A stretch of DNA of 64,000 bases from a virus. Lineage: Duplodnaviria; Caudoviricetes. A program made the position numbers and the translations under genes. Each line of letters starts with the position of its first letter. The stretch's first letter is position 1. Shown in pieces: positions 9,240-19,336 of this stretch. The stretch lies in the IMG/VR virus record IMGVR_UViG_3300022752_000016; one strand, 5' to 3'. Below the pieces are notes generated by a model, which was given only the letters and a program-made list of their open reading frames with translations, did not search any database and was not told the origin of the DNA.

Positions 9240-9881
9240 ATGCTCAAAGACCATTTAAAAAGAAGATATACAGCTAAATGGTGGGATGACAAGGAAGTTG
9301 AACAAGAAAAACTAAACAATGTTTTAGAAACCACATATCTTGCACCAAGTAAACAAGGTATTTACCCCTATACTGTGATTGTTGCTACAAATAGTATAGA
9401 GGGTAAAACTTTTAAAAATTGGTTATTCTATGATCACACATGGTGTGTCGATGGAATCCGTGGAAAAAAATCCGATAATCTTAAAGTTTATAATGGACAA
9501 GTATTAGCTCCTATACTACTAGTTTATCTTTGTCATTCTCAAAATATTTCTAATCAACAATTGATTTTAGAATATACTATGGATACTATAGTAAGTGCAA
9601 CAATAGCAATGTGTGCAGCAGAAGAGCAAGGATTACAAACAGGTTTTTGTGCCTGTCTTCATGGATTGACGATAGCAGAAAAATTAAAAGTTTCTGATGC
9701 AACCTGTACAGTTTTATTAGGTATAGGATATGCAACTCATGATTTGAGAATTAGACGTGGATTATATGATAGTAATGATAAATTGTATGGAATGGATAGA
9801 TCAAATACAGATCCTAGATTAAAAATAAGTAGTAATAGACTACAAAAAAAAGAATATGAAAACTTTTATAAAGTATTATGA
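9240..9881 (+). CDS. Nitroreductase-family (FMN-dependent) protein
   Basis: RRYTAK FMN-binding start, APSKQG, A..AM.AAEEQGLQTGF and LGIGY motifs; upstream TATAAATA at 9207-9214. Confidence 0.8.
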   Translation: MLKDHLKRRYTAKWWDDKEVEQEKLNNVLETTYLAPSKQGIYPYTVIVATNSIEGKTFKNWLFYDHTWCVDGIRGKKSDNLKVYNGQVLAPILLVYLCHSQNISNQQLILEYTMDTIVSATIAMCAAEEQGLQTGFCACLHGLTIAEKLKVSDATCTVLLGIGYATHDLRIRRGLYDSNDKLYGMDRSNTDPRLKISSNRLQKKEYENFYKVL

Positions 9882-10198
9882 TTAAAGAAATTAGTTTAAG
9901 ATTATTACATAATAAGAATACAGTAAACTTTGAAGATGAACTTGATAAAGTTTTTGTAAATGAAAAAGCTATTATTTTAGCTGATTGGGAAAAATTAATT
10001 TGGGATATGGAACTTAGGGGAGTTTTCCTACATAGGAAATTAAATTCTTTAAATAATGGTTTTGAATGCATATTTGTTACGGATAAATCTGATAACTTTT
10101 TAAGCTATTTTAATAACTCACTTTTTCAAAAATTATTTACCATATTAAAAAATAATAATTGGACAATAGAACACAGAGTAGAGGATTGGTCCATTTAA
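9878..10198 (+). CDS. Hypothetical protein
   Basis: 106-aa ORF overlapping the nitroreductase stop (ATGA). Confidence 0.6.
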   Translation: MIKEISLRLLHNKNTVNFEDELDKVFVNEKAIILADWEKLIWDMELRGVFLHRKLNSLNNGFECIFVTDKSDNFLSYFNNSLFQKLFTILKNNNWTIEHRVEDWSI

Positions 10199-10240
10199 TA
10201 AAGATTGTTTAAATATTACAAGAGATTTATAAATAATTTT

Positions 10241-11794
10241 ATGAATAAGTCAGGATCAGTAACATTAATTAAAGATCCATATGTAAAAACTGTTTTTAAA
10301 ACACAACAAGAACTTGATGACTTTATCAAATGTTGTGATCCAAAAACTGGTTATTTGCATTTTATGGATAATTTCTTTTATATACAACATCCTACCAAAG
10401 GTAGCATGGTGTATCACCCATATCCATATCAAAAACGTTTAATTGAAACCTATCATAACTATCGTTTTAGTATATCATTGATGCCAAGACAAAGTGGTAA
10501 ATCTACCAGTGCAGCAGGGTATTTATTATGGTATGCAATGTTTGTACCAGATAGTACGATATTGATTGCTGCACACAAATACACAGGTGCTCAAGAAATT
10601 ATGCAACGTATTCGTTATGCTTATGAAAATTGTCCTATGCATATAAAAGCTGGTGTTACAACATATAATAAAGGTAGTCTAGATTTTGAGAATGGTAGTA
10701 GAATTGTAAGTGCAACTACAACAGAAAATACAGGTCGTGGTATGTCTATATCGTTACTGTACTTAGACGAATTTGCATTCGTTAGACCAACCATTGCTGA
10801 ATTGTTTTGGACATCAATAACACCAACATTAGCGACTGGTGGTAAAGCTATTATTACCAGCACACCAAATAGTGATGAAGATCAATTTGCATTAATTTGG
10901 AAACAGGCTACCAAAACAGAGGATGAATATGGAAATCAAACAGAATTAGGTAAGAATGGTTTCAGAGCTTATCGTGCTAATTGGTGGGAACAACCAGGAC
11001 GTGATGAAGCTTGGGCAAAAGAAATCAGAGCACAACTAGGTGAAGATCGTTTTAGGCGTGAGATTGGTTGTGAATTTATTATTGCAGAAGAAACTTTGAT
11101 CGCACCTACTACATTGGTAGATATGGAAGGCATTGAACCTGTACAACGTATGGGACAAGTTCGTTGGTATAAGAAACCAGAGAAAGGTAATATATATGTT
11201 GTTGGATTAGATCCTAGTTTAGGTACAGGAAGTGATCCTGCAGCTATACAAATATACGAAGCTAACACTACCATACAAATAGGTGAGTGGAAACATAATC
11301 AAACAGATATCCCAAATCAAGTTAAATTATTAGCACAAATAAACAAATATATTGAAGAATGCACTAATGAACCAAATAATATATATTACAGTATTGAAAA
11401 TAATACGATAGGAGAAGCCGCATTAATTTCATTAGCAGAATACAGTGAAAGTAATATACCTGGTATATTTTTAAGTGAGCATGGGAAGAAAAGAAAAGGA
11501 TTTAATACAACTCATAAGGTAAAATTAGCAGCGTGTGCTAAATTTAAAACCTTAATTGAAAGTAGAAAAATGAAAGTAAATAGCCGTAGTTTGGTAAGTG
11601 AATTAAAAACTTTTGTAGCAACAGATGGAAGTTATAGAGCGAAAATAGGCGAAACAGATGATTTGGTTATGGCAAGTTTATTAGTAATTAGAATGTTACA
11701 ACATTTAAGTGATTATCATGTAGATTTAGAGACACAAATTCGTGACCATGACGAATACATTCCACCATTGCCATTCTTTGCAGTACTGAACTAG
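10241..11794 (+). CDS. terL: Terminase large subunit, T4 gp17-like (track start 10205; ATG 10241 preferred)
   Basis: Walker A MPRQSGKS, Walker B LYLDEFAF, ITSTPN coupling motif, nuclease-domain GLDPSLG and ETDDLVMA. TATAAATA at 10228-10235 lies just before ATG 10241. Confidence 0.95.
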   Translation: MNKSGSVTLIKDPYVKTVFKTQQELDDFIKCCDPKTGYLHFMDNFFYIQHPTKGSMVYHPYPYQKRLIETYHNYRFSISLMPRQSGKSTSAAGYLLWYAMFVPDSTILIAAHKYTGAQEIMQRIRYAYENCPMHIKAGVTTYNKGSLDFENGSRIVSATTTENTGRGMSISLLYLDEFAFVRPTIAELFWTSITPTLATGGKAIITSTPNSDEDQFALIWKQATKTEDEYGNQTELGKNGFRAYRANWWEQPGRDEAWAKEIRAQLGEDRFRREIGCEFIIAEETLIAPTTLVDMEGIEPVQRMGQVRWYKKPEKGNIYVVGLDPSLGTGSDPAAIQIYEANTTIQIGEWKHNQTDIPNQVKLLAQINKYIEECTNEPNNIYYSIENNTIGEAALISLAEYSESNIPGIFLSEHGKKRKGFNTTHKVKLAACAKFKTLIESRKMKVNSRSLVSELKTFVATDGSYRAKIGETDDLVMASLLVIRMLQHLSDYHVDLETQIRDHDEYIPPLPFFAVLN

Positions 11795-11812
11795 GTTTGG
11801 ACTAAATAATAA

Positions 11813-14629
11813 ATGCCACTAGACAAAAATTCTTACAATCTTAAATTATATAACCTGTTAAAGACACGAGGTTATCGTCCTATTCCATTAGATAGTAAAG
11901 GCGAACGTTCAGAAGCACCACAGGAAGCAGATGTTTTCAAGTTTACTTTTTCAAAAGCTGATGAAAAAGTAGGCACAATGTATGCAACTGTAGAAGAAGG
12001 TGACATAGTCCTTTATTATGATGAAGATGAAGTTAGTAAATCAAGCGATGCTAATACATCAGGAACAGAGTTTACTGATAGTTTTACAGGATTGATAAGA
12101 CATTTAAAGCATTGGGCAATGACAAGACAATTAGGTTTTAGAACTGAACCTGATGACAAATTAGGTAGTGATATGGCGCAAAGGGAATATATGAAAAAGA
12201 AAGAAAACATTAGCGAGGGATATTATCCCATGGGTAAATCAGCAAGTTACAATGATGCTGTACCTACAGTAAAAATTATTTTACAACATACTCGCCAAAT
12301 ACAAGAGGGTGAACAACGTTTTCGCCATGTAAGTAAGATATTTTTAGAAAACACTTTAGGTGAAAGAATTCTTGCACCAACTATTCGTCCTGGCATTGCC
12401 CAAGTATATGCCAGACATATTGCTGAAGGTGGAGTTCCTAATGATGAGCGTTGGAATCATATTAAAAGCCTTTGTGAAGATTATAGTAAAATGGCAGGTT
12501 TTGTTCGTGCTGTAAAAAATAATCAATTTAATGAATCAGCACAACAATTAGTTAATGAAGGTGTTAATCATTATCAAAGTTTGCGTGAAACCTTAGGAAG
12601 AATGCGTGGTCATCGTGGGTATAACGCTTATTTTGAAAGTTGGACGCCAACATTAATGGAAGAGGAAAATTCTGATAATACATTAAATGAATTATTTGTC
12701 CAAGAAACATTAGATCCTAGAATTGAAAGTGTTCTTCCAATATTAAGTAAATTAAGAAAAACAGTTGGTGAAATGAAAGAAGTTAATGAATTAGCGGAAT
12801 GGGCTGAAGAATTAACTGAAGCGCCTGGTGCCGAAACATTAGCACATAATGAAAAAACAGAAAAGTCACGTTTGGATGCATTTGACCTAGAGGAAAGTGA
12901 TGATGCAGTAAAAGCAGGTCAAGTAGCCCGTGATAAAATTAAGAAGCCTGCGTTTATGCGTAAAGCAGCAGGCGAGAGGCCAGCCACATTAGGTGATGTT
13001 GAAAGATCACAGCAGCATCGTAGTAGCCAAGCAATGGTTGGTCAAAAAGGTGAAGAAGTTGAAGAAAGTGGATTACAAGCATATCTTGGTAATAAGAAGT
13101 ATGGCAAAGATGGTATGGATGCTTTACGCAAAGCAGGGCGTGATGGTGCAAGCAAAGAAAAAATGGCTAAGATTCGTGCCAAGTATGACAAATTAGATGA
13201 AGAAGGTGTGGCGGAAGCAGCCAAATGGCGTGATCCAAAGTATAAAGATAAACTCTATACACAAGAACCCGGTGATAGTGATGACTATGACAATATTGGC
13301 TATGGATACGATTTTCCAGAACGGCCAGAAAATGACCCAGGTCAGAAACGTAGAATGGGTGGTGTAGGCAGTGAATTTGATCGCAATGACCCTTTGGTCA
13401 AGGGGCAGGGCATTGGTCGTAGCGGCATCAAGCACAGCCTCAATCTTGCTGGCAAGAGAAAAGGTCTGCCGTCAAGAGATCAAATCACCAGCCTTAAAGG
13501 CAGTATCAAAGATGCACATGGAAAACATCGCAAGCCCAATTTGCCAGAGCAAGGTGTGGCGGAAGGCTGGAATGACCATTTAGATGATCCTGATGATTAT
13601 GAAGGACATTTGGAAAGATTGCGTGATTTAGCAGACCTAAAGCGTATGCAGGATAGAGAAAAAGAATCTACGGATAAAGAAGATAATAGTAAAAAAAAAG
13701 TAGATGAGGTTAATCCACATTATTACGATAGTGATTTAGATTATTATGATGCTGTTAGGCGTAGTAAATTACCTAAAATGCCTCGTCCTGGAGATGAGGA
13801 CTTTGAAAAATACGATACCTTTGATAAACCATATGATGACTATGACGACGATGATAAAGATTTAAAGGAAGGTGTAACAAAAAGGTCATTATCAGAAATG
13901 GATTCTCAAGGTTATAAAGGATACAGGGACAATGAAGATAAAGGTAAAGGTCCAGAGAAAGTAGTCAAGCCAGCTAAGGCAAAAGATGTTGCTAAAGATG
14001 CTGAAAAAGAATTGACCAAGGTAATGGATAAAGCACACAAGAAAGATGTGGCAGAAGGCAGTGGCTCAAAATACAAAGTTAAATCTATTGGTAAAGATAG
14101 TAAAGGTGATTATTATATAAGTCCAGTCACTGGTAAAAAAGTATATAAGTCAGGAGTTAATAAAGGTGATCACGAAAATCCTAAAACAGGAGAAATTAAA
14201 AAAGGTGTGGCGGAAGGCTCGCTGCGTGAATTCGCACCCGATGATGGGGGTGACGGTGGCGATGATGGGTTCAGTGAAGAAACACTAAAGCGATTTGCGG
14301 CACAATGGTACAACGGTGATGAAGATCCCAGGATCGAACGTGCCCTAGCAGCAGCTGGTTGGGAGATCGGACAGGATGAGGGCTACGACGATGAGCCCGG
14401 TGTGTTCGTGGTACAGGTTGGTGATGTCAACGGCAATAGCTATCTAAGTTGGCCAGCACACGAATTGAAGCAAGGTGTCTCGGAAGACCTAGATGCTAAT
14501 CAAAAGCGTGTAGGTCAATTGGGCCCAACTGAAAAAGTCAAAAATAATAATATTGGTAAATTGGTTGGAGCAAGTGAATCAATACAACATGATCCATTAA
14601 AAGATATTTTAAGATTATCGGGTAAATAA
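11813..14629 (+). CDS. 938-aa modular protein: globular-looking N-terminal part, then charged cassettes separated by GVAE(G)-type motifs; putative processed head/internal polyprotein
   Basis: EGVAEA, QGVAEG, KDVAEG, KGVAEG, QGVSED and many other [LIV]xE motifs; located directly after terL. Confidence 0.85.
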   Translation: MPLDKNSYNLKLYNLLKTRGYRPIPLDSKGERSEAPQEADVFKFTFSKADEKVGTMYATVEEGDIVLYYDEDEVSKSSDANTSGTEFTDSFTGLIRHLKHWAMTRQLGFRTEPDDKLGSDMAQREYMKKKENISEGYYPMGKSASYNDAVPTVKIILQHTRQIQEGEQRFRHVSKIFLENTLGERILAPTIRPGIAQVYARHIAEGGVPNDERWNHIKSLCEDYSKMAGFVRAVKNNQFNESAQQLVNEGVNHYQSLRETLGRMRGHRGYNAYFESWTPTLMEEENSDNTLNELFVQETLDPRIESVLPILSKLRKTVGEMKEVNELAEWAEELTEAPGAETLAHNEKTEKSRLDAFDLEESDDAVKAGQVARDKIKKPAFMRKAAGERPATLGDVERSQQHRSSQAMVGQKGEEVEESGLQAYLGNKKYGKDGMDALRKAGRDGASKEKMAKIRAKYDKLDEEGVAEAAKWRDPKYKDKLYTQEPGDSDDYDNIGYGYDFPERPENDPGQKRRMGGVGSEFDRNDPLVKGQGIGRSGIKHSLNLAGKRKGLPSRDQITSLKGSIKDAHGKHRKPNLPEQGVAEGWNDHLDDPDDYEGHLERLRDLADLKRMQDREKESTDKEDNSKKKVDEVNPHYYDSDLDYYDAVRRSKLPKMPRPGDEDFEKYDTFDKPYDDYDDDDKDLKEGVTKRSLSEMDSQGYKGYRDNEDKGKGPEKVVKPAKAKDVAKDAEKELTKVMDKAHKKDVAEGSGSKYKVKSIGKDSKGDYYISPVTGKKVYKSGVNKGDHENPKTGEIKKGVAEGSLREFAPDDGGDGGDDGFSEETLKRFAAQWYNGDEDPRIERALAAAGWEIGQDEGYDDEPGVFVVQVGDVNGNSYLSWPAHELKQGVSEDLDANQKRVGQLGPTEKVKNNNIGKLVGASESIQHDPLKDILRLSGK
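13203..14486 (+). repeat. Dispersed in-frame 15-nt direct repeat AAGGTGTGGCGGAAG (3 exact copies, 2 variants)
   Basis: Exact at 13203-13217, 13551-13565 and 14202-14216. Variants AAGATGTGGCAGAAG at 14043-14057 and AAGGTGTCTCGGAAG at 14472-14486. All spacings (348, 492, 159, 270) are multiples of 3. Confidence 0.92.
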
Positions 14630-14638
14630 ACTTACAAA

Positions 14639-14662
14639 AAACCGCACAAAAAAGTGCGGTTT
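14639..14662. terminator. Stem-loop AAACCGCAC-AAAAAA-GTGCGGTTT, probable terminator after the 938-aa gene
   Basis: 9-bp inverted repeat 10 nt after the stop codon. Confidence 0.6.
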
Positions 14663-14685
14663 ACCATATTTGGGATAAATATATA

Positions 14686-14714
14686 TTGACACAGCGTATT
14701 ATGTAGTTTATAAT
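14686..14714 (+). promoter_or_regulatory. Perfect sigma70 promoter TTGACA-N17-TATAAT for the SSB operon; late box GATAAATA just upstream (14674-14681)
   Basis: TTGACA 14686-14691, TATAAT 14709-14714. Confidence 0.9.
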
Positions 14715-14782
14715 CATTCTGTGTTTAGGCAAATTTTTAGGCACAAAACAAAGACCATCTTAATGAAATAAGGAGAAACATT

Positions 14783-15799
14783 ATGGCAAGTTTAGCAGAT
14801 ATCCGCGCAAGAATCGCAGCGCAAGAAAACAAAACACAAAAAGGTCAAATCACGACCGACAACGCAGTATATCCTCACTGGAATATGGAAGAAGGTACAG
14901 TTGCTACTATTCGTTTCCTACCAGATGCAGATTCAAACAATACGTTCTTTTGGGTAGAACGTCAAATCATCAAGCTTCCCTTCAATGGGCTTAAGGGTGA
15001 TCCTAATGTAAAACAAATTACTGTACAAGTACCTTGTGCTGAGATGTATGGCGATACTTGCCCAGTACTAACTGAAGTTCGTCCTTGGTATAAAGATGAA
15101 ACACTAAAAGAAATGGCAAATAAATATTGGAAAAAGCGTAGTTATCTATTCCAAGCTTTTGTTCGTCAAAATCCAATTGGTGATGATAAGACACCAGCTA
15201 ATCCAATTCGTAGACTTGTGATAAGTCCACAGATTTTCACAATTATCAAATCAAGTTTGATGGATCCTGAAATGGAAGAATTACCCACTGATTATGTACG
15301 TGGGTTGGATTTTAATATTAAGAAAACTAGTAAAGGTGGTTATGCTGATTATTCAACAAGTAACTGGGCACGTAAAGAAAGTCCATTGACTGAAGCAGAG
15401 CAAGCAGCAATTGAAGCACATGGATTATTTAATCTAGCAGATTTCTTACCAAAGCGTCCTAATGAAGCAGAATTGAATATTATTAAAGAAATGTTTGAAG
15501 CTTCGGTAGATGGGCAACCTTATGACAATGATCGTTGGGGTTCGTATTATCGTCCCTTTGGAGTTGATGCTCCGCAACATCAGGTAGATAGTGATAGCGA
15601 AACTGTTACAGAAAAGAAAGTATCAGTTTCAGTTTCAAAGCCTGCTGTTTCGAAGCCTGATGTTAAAGAAGAAACTGCTCCATGGGAAGATGAACCAGCT
15701 GAGGCAAGTCAACCTGTTAATATTCCAAAGTCAACATCAAGTGATAAGGCACAAGATATTTTAGCAATGATTCGTGCCCGTCAAAACAAGACAGCCTAA
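14783..15799 (+). CDS. ssb: Single-stranded DNA-binding protein, T4 gp32-like
   Basis: A.IRFLPD, C...G..CPV, YWKKRSYLFQ, G.DF.IKK..KGGYADYS.S motifs; acidic linker; C-terminal ILAMIRAR. Confidence 0.9.
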   Translation: MASLADIRARIAAQENKTQKGQITTDNAVYPHWNMEEGTVATIRFLPDADSNNTFFWVERQIIKLPFNGLKGDPNVKQITVQVPCAEMYGDTCPVLTEVRPWYKDETLKEMANKYWKKRSYLFQAFVRQNPIGDDKTPANPIRRLVISPQIFTIIKSSLMDPEMEELPTDYVRGLDFNIKKTSKGGYADYSTSNWARKESPLTEAEQAAIEAHGLFNLADFLPKRPNEAELNIIKEMFEASVDGQPYDNDRWGSYYRPFGVDAPQHQVDSDSETVTEKKVSVSVSKPAVSKPDVKEETAPWEDEPAEASQPVNIPKSTSSDKAQDILAMIRARQNKTA

Positions 15800-15807
15800 G
15801 GTAACAC

Positions 15808-15826
15808 GGGAGGATTAATTCCTCCC
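15808..15826 (+). terminator. GC-rich hairpin GGGAGGA-TTAAT-TCCTCCC after ssb
   Basis: 7-bp stem 9 nt after the stop; weak U-tract. Confidence 0.5.
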
Positions 15827-15846
15827 TATTCAATTAGGAGAATACA

Positions 15847-16083
15847 ATGACGTTACCAGACGAAAGATACAGAGCCTTAAAACAGGGCAAAAAGTTATTA
15901 GAGGAATTGTGCGACCCAGGTCGCACACCACGTGTTCCTAGTTTAATCAGAGATAGGGCAAGGGCAGCATTACGACATTACCCGAGTGATTATGAATTGG
16001 ATCGTATTGCTGATAGTTGTCCAGATATGCTTGATAAGATAAGTTTTTCTGATAAACTATACATGAAAATAGCAAACAAATAA
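15847..16083 (+). CDS. Conserved-looking small phage protein (MTLPDERYRA...LRHYP)
   Basis: Strong RBS AGGAG; 78 aa. Confidence 0.8.
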   Translation: MTLPDERYRALKQGKKLLEELCDPGRTPRVPSLIRDRARAALRHYPSDYELDRIADSCPDMLDKISFSDKLYMKIANK

Positions 16084-16093
16084 GGAGAGACCC

Positions 16094-17161
16094 TTGGGGA
16101 AACCGTTCGATGTTAGTAAATTTAGAAAAGATATTACCAAGTCCATTGAGGGACTTAGTATCGGGTTTAACGATCCAACAGATTGGATTAGTACAGGAAA
16201 TCACGCACTTAATTATCTCATTAGTGGTGATTTTAATAAAGGCGTACCTCTTGGTAAAGTTACTGTCTTTGCCGGAGAGTCAGGATCAGGAAAAAGTTAT
16301 ATCTGTGCAGGAAATCTCGTCCGTCACGCACAACAACAAGGGATCTTTGTCGTATTGGTCGATACTGAAAATGCGCTTGATGAAGATTGGTTACATAACT
16401 TGGGAGTTGATACGTCAGAAGAAAAACTATTAAAACTTAATATGGCAATGATTGATGATGTTGCCAAAACTATTAGCGAGTTTATGAAAGGATATCGCAC
16501 TATTCCTAGTGAAGATCGTCCTAAAGTACTTTTTATTATTGATAGCTTAGGAATGTTACTTACTCCTACTGATGTTAATCAATTTGAAGGCGGTGATTTA
16601 AAAGGTGATATGGGTCGTAAACCAAAAGCACTAACCGCACTAGTACGTAATTGTGTAAATATGTTTGGTAGTCACAATGTTGGATTGGTAGCTACAAATC
16701 ATACCTACGCAAGTCAGGATATGTTTGATCCTGACGATAAAATCTCAGGTGGGCAAGGCTTTATCTATGCAAGTTCAATTGTTGTAGCAATGAAAAAATT
16801 GAAACTTAAAGAAGATGAAGATGGTAATAAAACAAGTGAAGTCCTTGGTATTCGTAGTGCTTGTAAAGTAATGAAAACACGTTATGCTAAACCTTTTGAA
16901 AGTGTACAAGTAAAGATTCCATATAGTACAGGAATGAATCCATATAGTGGGTTGTTAGATTTATTTGAAAAATCAGGGCTGCTTGTAAAAGAAGGCAATC
17001 GTTTAAGCTACACTACGTTAGATGGTGAAGTTATCAAACATTTCCGTAAAGGTTGGGAAACTAATACTGATAATTGTTTAGATACGGTTATGAGTGAGTA
17101 TAGTAAAAGAAACGAAAATAAACTAAGTAATGTAACAACTGAGGAGGAAGTTACAGAATGA
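16094..17161 (+). CDS. uvsX: RecA/UvsX-like recombinase (TTG start)
   Basis: ISTG...LNYLISG, Walker A GESGSGKS, VDTENALD, IIDSLG, SGGQGFIYASS and KTRY.KPF; RBS AAGGAG. Confidence 0.93.
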   Translation: MGKPFDVSKFRKDITKSIEGLSIGFNDPTDWISTGNHALNYLISGDFNKGVPLGKVTVFAGESGSGKSYICAGNLVRHAQQQGIFVVLVDTENALDEDWLHNLGVDTSEEKLLKLNMAMIDDVAKTISEFMKGYRTIPSEDRPKVLFIIDSLGMLLTPTDVNQFEGGDLKGDMGRKPKALTALVRNCVNMFGSHNVGLVATNHTYASQDMFDPDDKISGGQGFIYASSIVVAMKKLKLKEDEDGNKTSEVLGIRSACKVMKTRYAKPFESVQVKIPYSTGMNPYSGLLDLFEKSGLLVKEGNRLSYTTLDGEVIKHFRKGWETNTDNCLDTVMSEYSKRNENKLSNVTTEEEVTE

Positions 17162-17403
17162 GTTTAACATTGATTAGTGAAGCATGGGATGCATTACGCC
17201 AACATATCCAAATGGCAGATAAAAGTGACGCTGCCGATACTTTGGTTAATTTGTTAATTGATAACGGGTATGATGTAGATGAGATTAAAGAAAATTTTCG
17301 TGGGGATAAAGACATTGCTAATGCTCTAGTTTATTTTAGTGAACAGGACGATTATATAGAAGATTATGAGGATGACAATTTAACCGACGATGATGAATGG
17401 TGA
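17158..17403 (+). CDS. Small acidic hypothetical protein
   Basis: Coupled to the recA stop; very acidic C-terminus. Confidence 0.75.
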   Translation: MSLTLISEAWDALRQHIQMADKSDAADTLVNLLIDNGYDVDEIKENFRGDKDIANALVYFSEQDDYIEDYEDDNLTDDDEW

Positions 17404-17407
17404 TTAA

Positions 17408-17866
17408 GTGAGTTGGTATTCACAGATAACAGGTGACTTATCTGTTATCCCTGATTTTATTACGCACTATGAGTCTGAGTTAAACTCAGCCAAAAAAGAT
17501 GTAAAAATATTTGGTAATGTTGAAAAGAACATTTCAGCATTACCTGGTATTACTGAACATCGTTTTAATCAACTACAAGAAATTGAAGCAGTATTAAATT
17601 TCTTAAATGTACAGCTAAGAAAAATTCGCCGAAAACATTTTCAAAAATATCTTGAGGCGTATAATAGAGTTTTAACAAGTCGTGATGCTGAAAAATATGT
17701 TGATGGGGAGGGTGAAGTTATTGACTTTGAGACAATCATCAATGATGTAGCATTGTTAAGAAACAAGTGGTTGGGCGTAATGAAAGGTCTAGATAGTAAA
17801 AACTTTATGCTAGGTCATATTGTAAGATTACGTTCAGCTGGTATGGAAGATATAACCGTAAGTTAA
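17408..17866 (+). CDS. uvsY: UvsY-like recombination mediator (GTG start)
   Basis: Helical protein with YLE.Y.R.L.SRDAEKYVDGE and LRSAGMED, typical of UvsY; near uvsX. Confidence 0.75.
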   Translation: MSWYSQITGDLSVIPDFITHYESELNSAKKDVKIFGNVEKNISALPGITEHRFNQLQEIEAVLNFLNVQLRKIRRKHFQKYLEAYNRVLTSRDAEKYVDGEGEVIDFETIINDVALLRNKWLGVMKGLDSKNFMLGHIVRLRSAGMEDITVS

Positions 17867-17874
17867 GGAATAGT

Positions 17875-18585
17875 ATGGCTAAGATTCAAAATCTTTTTAA
17901 TGATATATTAAATGATACAATATCTGAGGGGACGAATAATATATATATTACAGATTATCCATTATTAGTATTAAGTGCATGTAATTACAGGTTAAAACAA
18001 GAAGATCCTGAATTTAATTCTAATTCTTTACTAGGCAATATTATTATAAATCATGTAACAGATATTGATATAGAGTTTGCAAATAAAATTGGTGACTACT
18101 ATAGTAAAAAATTAATGTTACTTAAATTAAAAGGTAAAGAGTTGACAAAGTTTCGCAAAGAATTAATTACTTTTTTACATGACAATTTTAACCATCAAGA
18201 TGGTAGGTACCATACCCCTGAGAAATTTGCAGGTATGGCTTATAAATTACCTTATTTTTACACATATGACACAACATTAGATATGTTATTTGATTTGAAA
18301 AGTATTCCATATAAGCCTTTTAAAGGTGTTAAGCAATTAAAGTTTGTTACAAAACTTTTTACATCAAGAAAACATTGGGGAAATATTATAGAATATTGGT
18401 TTGTAGATATTGACAATAATAAATATCTTTTAGACTTTAACAAAGAAAATATGTTATGTAGTTTATTAGAAAAGGTAATTGAAAAAAATCAAATTATAGT
18501 ATCAGGTGTATTTGGTGTAAATAGGAAAGACTATGAGTTTTTTGTACCAAGCAAATATACAATGGACTTCAAAAATATTATTTAA
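17875..18585 (+). CDS. Hypothetical protein
   Basis: 236-aa ORF with RBS AAGGA. Confidence 0.75.
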   Translation: MAKIQNLFNDILNDTISEGTNNIYITDYPLLVLSACNYRLKQEDPEFNSNSLLGNIIINHVTDIDIEFANKIGDYYSKKLMLLKLKGKELTKFRKELITFLHDNFNHQDGRYHTPEKFAGMAYKLPYFYTYDTTLDMLFDLKSIPYKPFKGVKQLKFVTKLFTSRKHWGNIIEYWFVDIDNNKYLLDFNKENMLCSLLEKVIEKNQIIVSGVFGVNRKDYEFFVPSKYTMDFKNII

Positions 18586-19336
18586 ATTTTTTGTTATCTT
18601 TATCAACTGCTTTAAATAAAGAAATATTAAGCCCCAATTGTTTAGTAAGTTTATTAAAACTTTTCACATCTTTAGGAAGACAGGTTCCACCGTATCCACG
18701 TAAATTTTTATTCACTTCTAAATAATCAGAAGTGGGTGTTCCTCTCAAAATATATGTGTCTTTTATTTTGCTATAATTTGAATTTAATTTTTTACAAATT
18801 TCATACATGCTATTAGCAAAAACTATTTTGGTAGCATTGTATACATTGGAATAATATTTTAGTATTTCTGCCTCAGTTGGTGTAAGACTTACTATGTTTT
18901 TTGGTAAGAACCCATGGCTGGCAACAATTTTTTTAAAAATTTCTTTTCTATGACACCCAATGGCAAGTAAATTGTGATTTATTATAAAATCTTTTTCAGC
19001 ATGAACTTCACGTAAAAATTCAGGAACAAAACAAATATTTAAATTGGTTTCTTTTATTAATTTTTCTGTAGTACCAGGTACTAAGGTAGACTTAATAGCT
19101 ATTATTCCATCAAAGGATATTTTTTGTAAATCTTTTAAAACATTTTTAATTATTTTGTCTGTATACTTATTACCTTTATGTGTAGGAACACAAATATAAA
19201 TAATTTCTGTTTTTTTTAAGGATTTAATATCAGTTTTGTATTTAATATCATGTACAATAACTTTATGACCTAGTAATGTGAAACCTTGTTTACATGCATT
19301 ACCTACAACACCAGCACCTATTATACCAATTTTCAT
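18578..19336 (-). CDS. ugd: UDP-glucose/GDP-mannose 6-dehydrogenase family protein, short form (NAD-binding plus central domain only)
   Basis: IGIIGAGVVG Rossmann motif, ICVPT, IKST..PGTT, PEFLRE, AE..KY.SN and catalytic GYGGTCLPKD. Confidence 0.85.
   Translation of the reverse strand: MKIGIIGAGVVGNACKQGFTLLGHKVIVHDIKYKTDIKSLKKTEIIYICVPTHKGNKYTDKIIKNVLKDLQKISFDGIIAIKSTLVPGTTEKLIKETNLNICFVPEFLREVHAEKDFIINHNLLAIGCHRKEIFKKIVASHGFLPKNIVSLTPTEAEILKYYSNVYNATKIVFANSMYEICKKLNSNYSKIKDTYILRGTPTSDYLEVNKNLRGYGGTCLPKDVKSFNKLTKQLGLNISLFKAVDKDNKKFK

Noticed and set aside
13203-14486. The 15-nt repeats as a CRISPR array
   Set aside because: The repeats are too short, the intervening segments are 144-477 nt and irregular, everything is in frame inside an ORF, and there are no cas genes.
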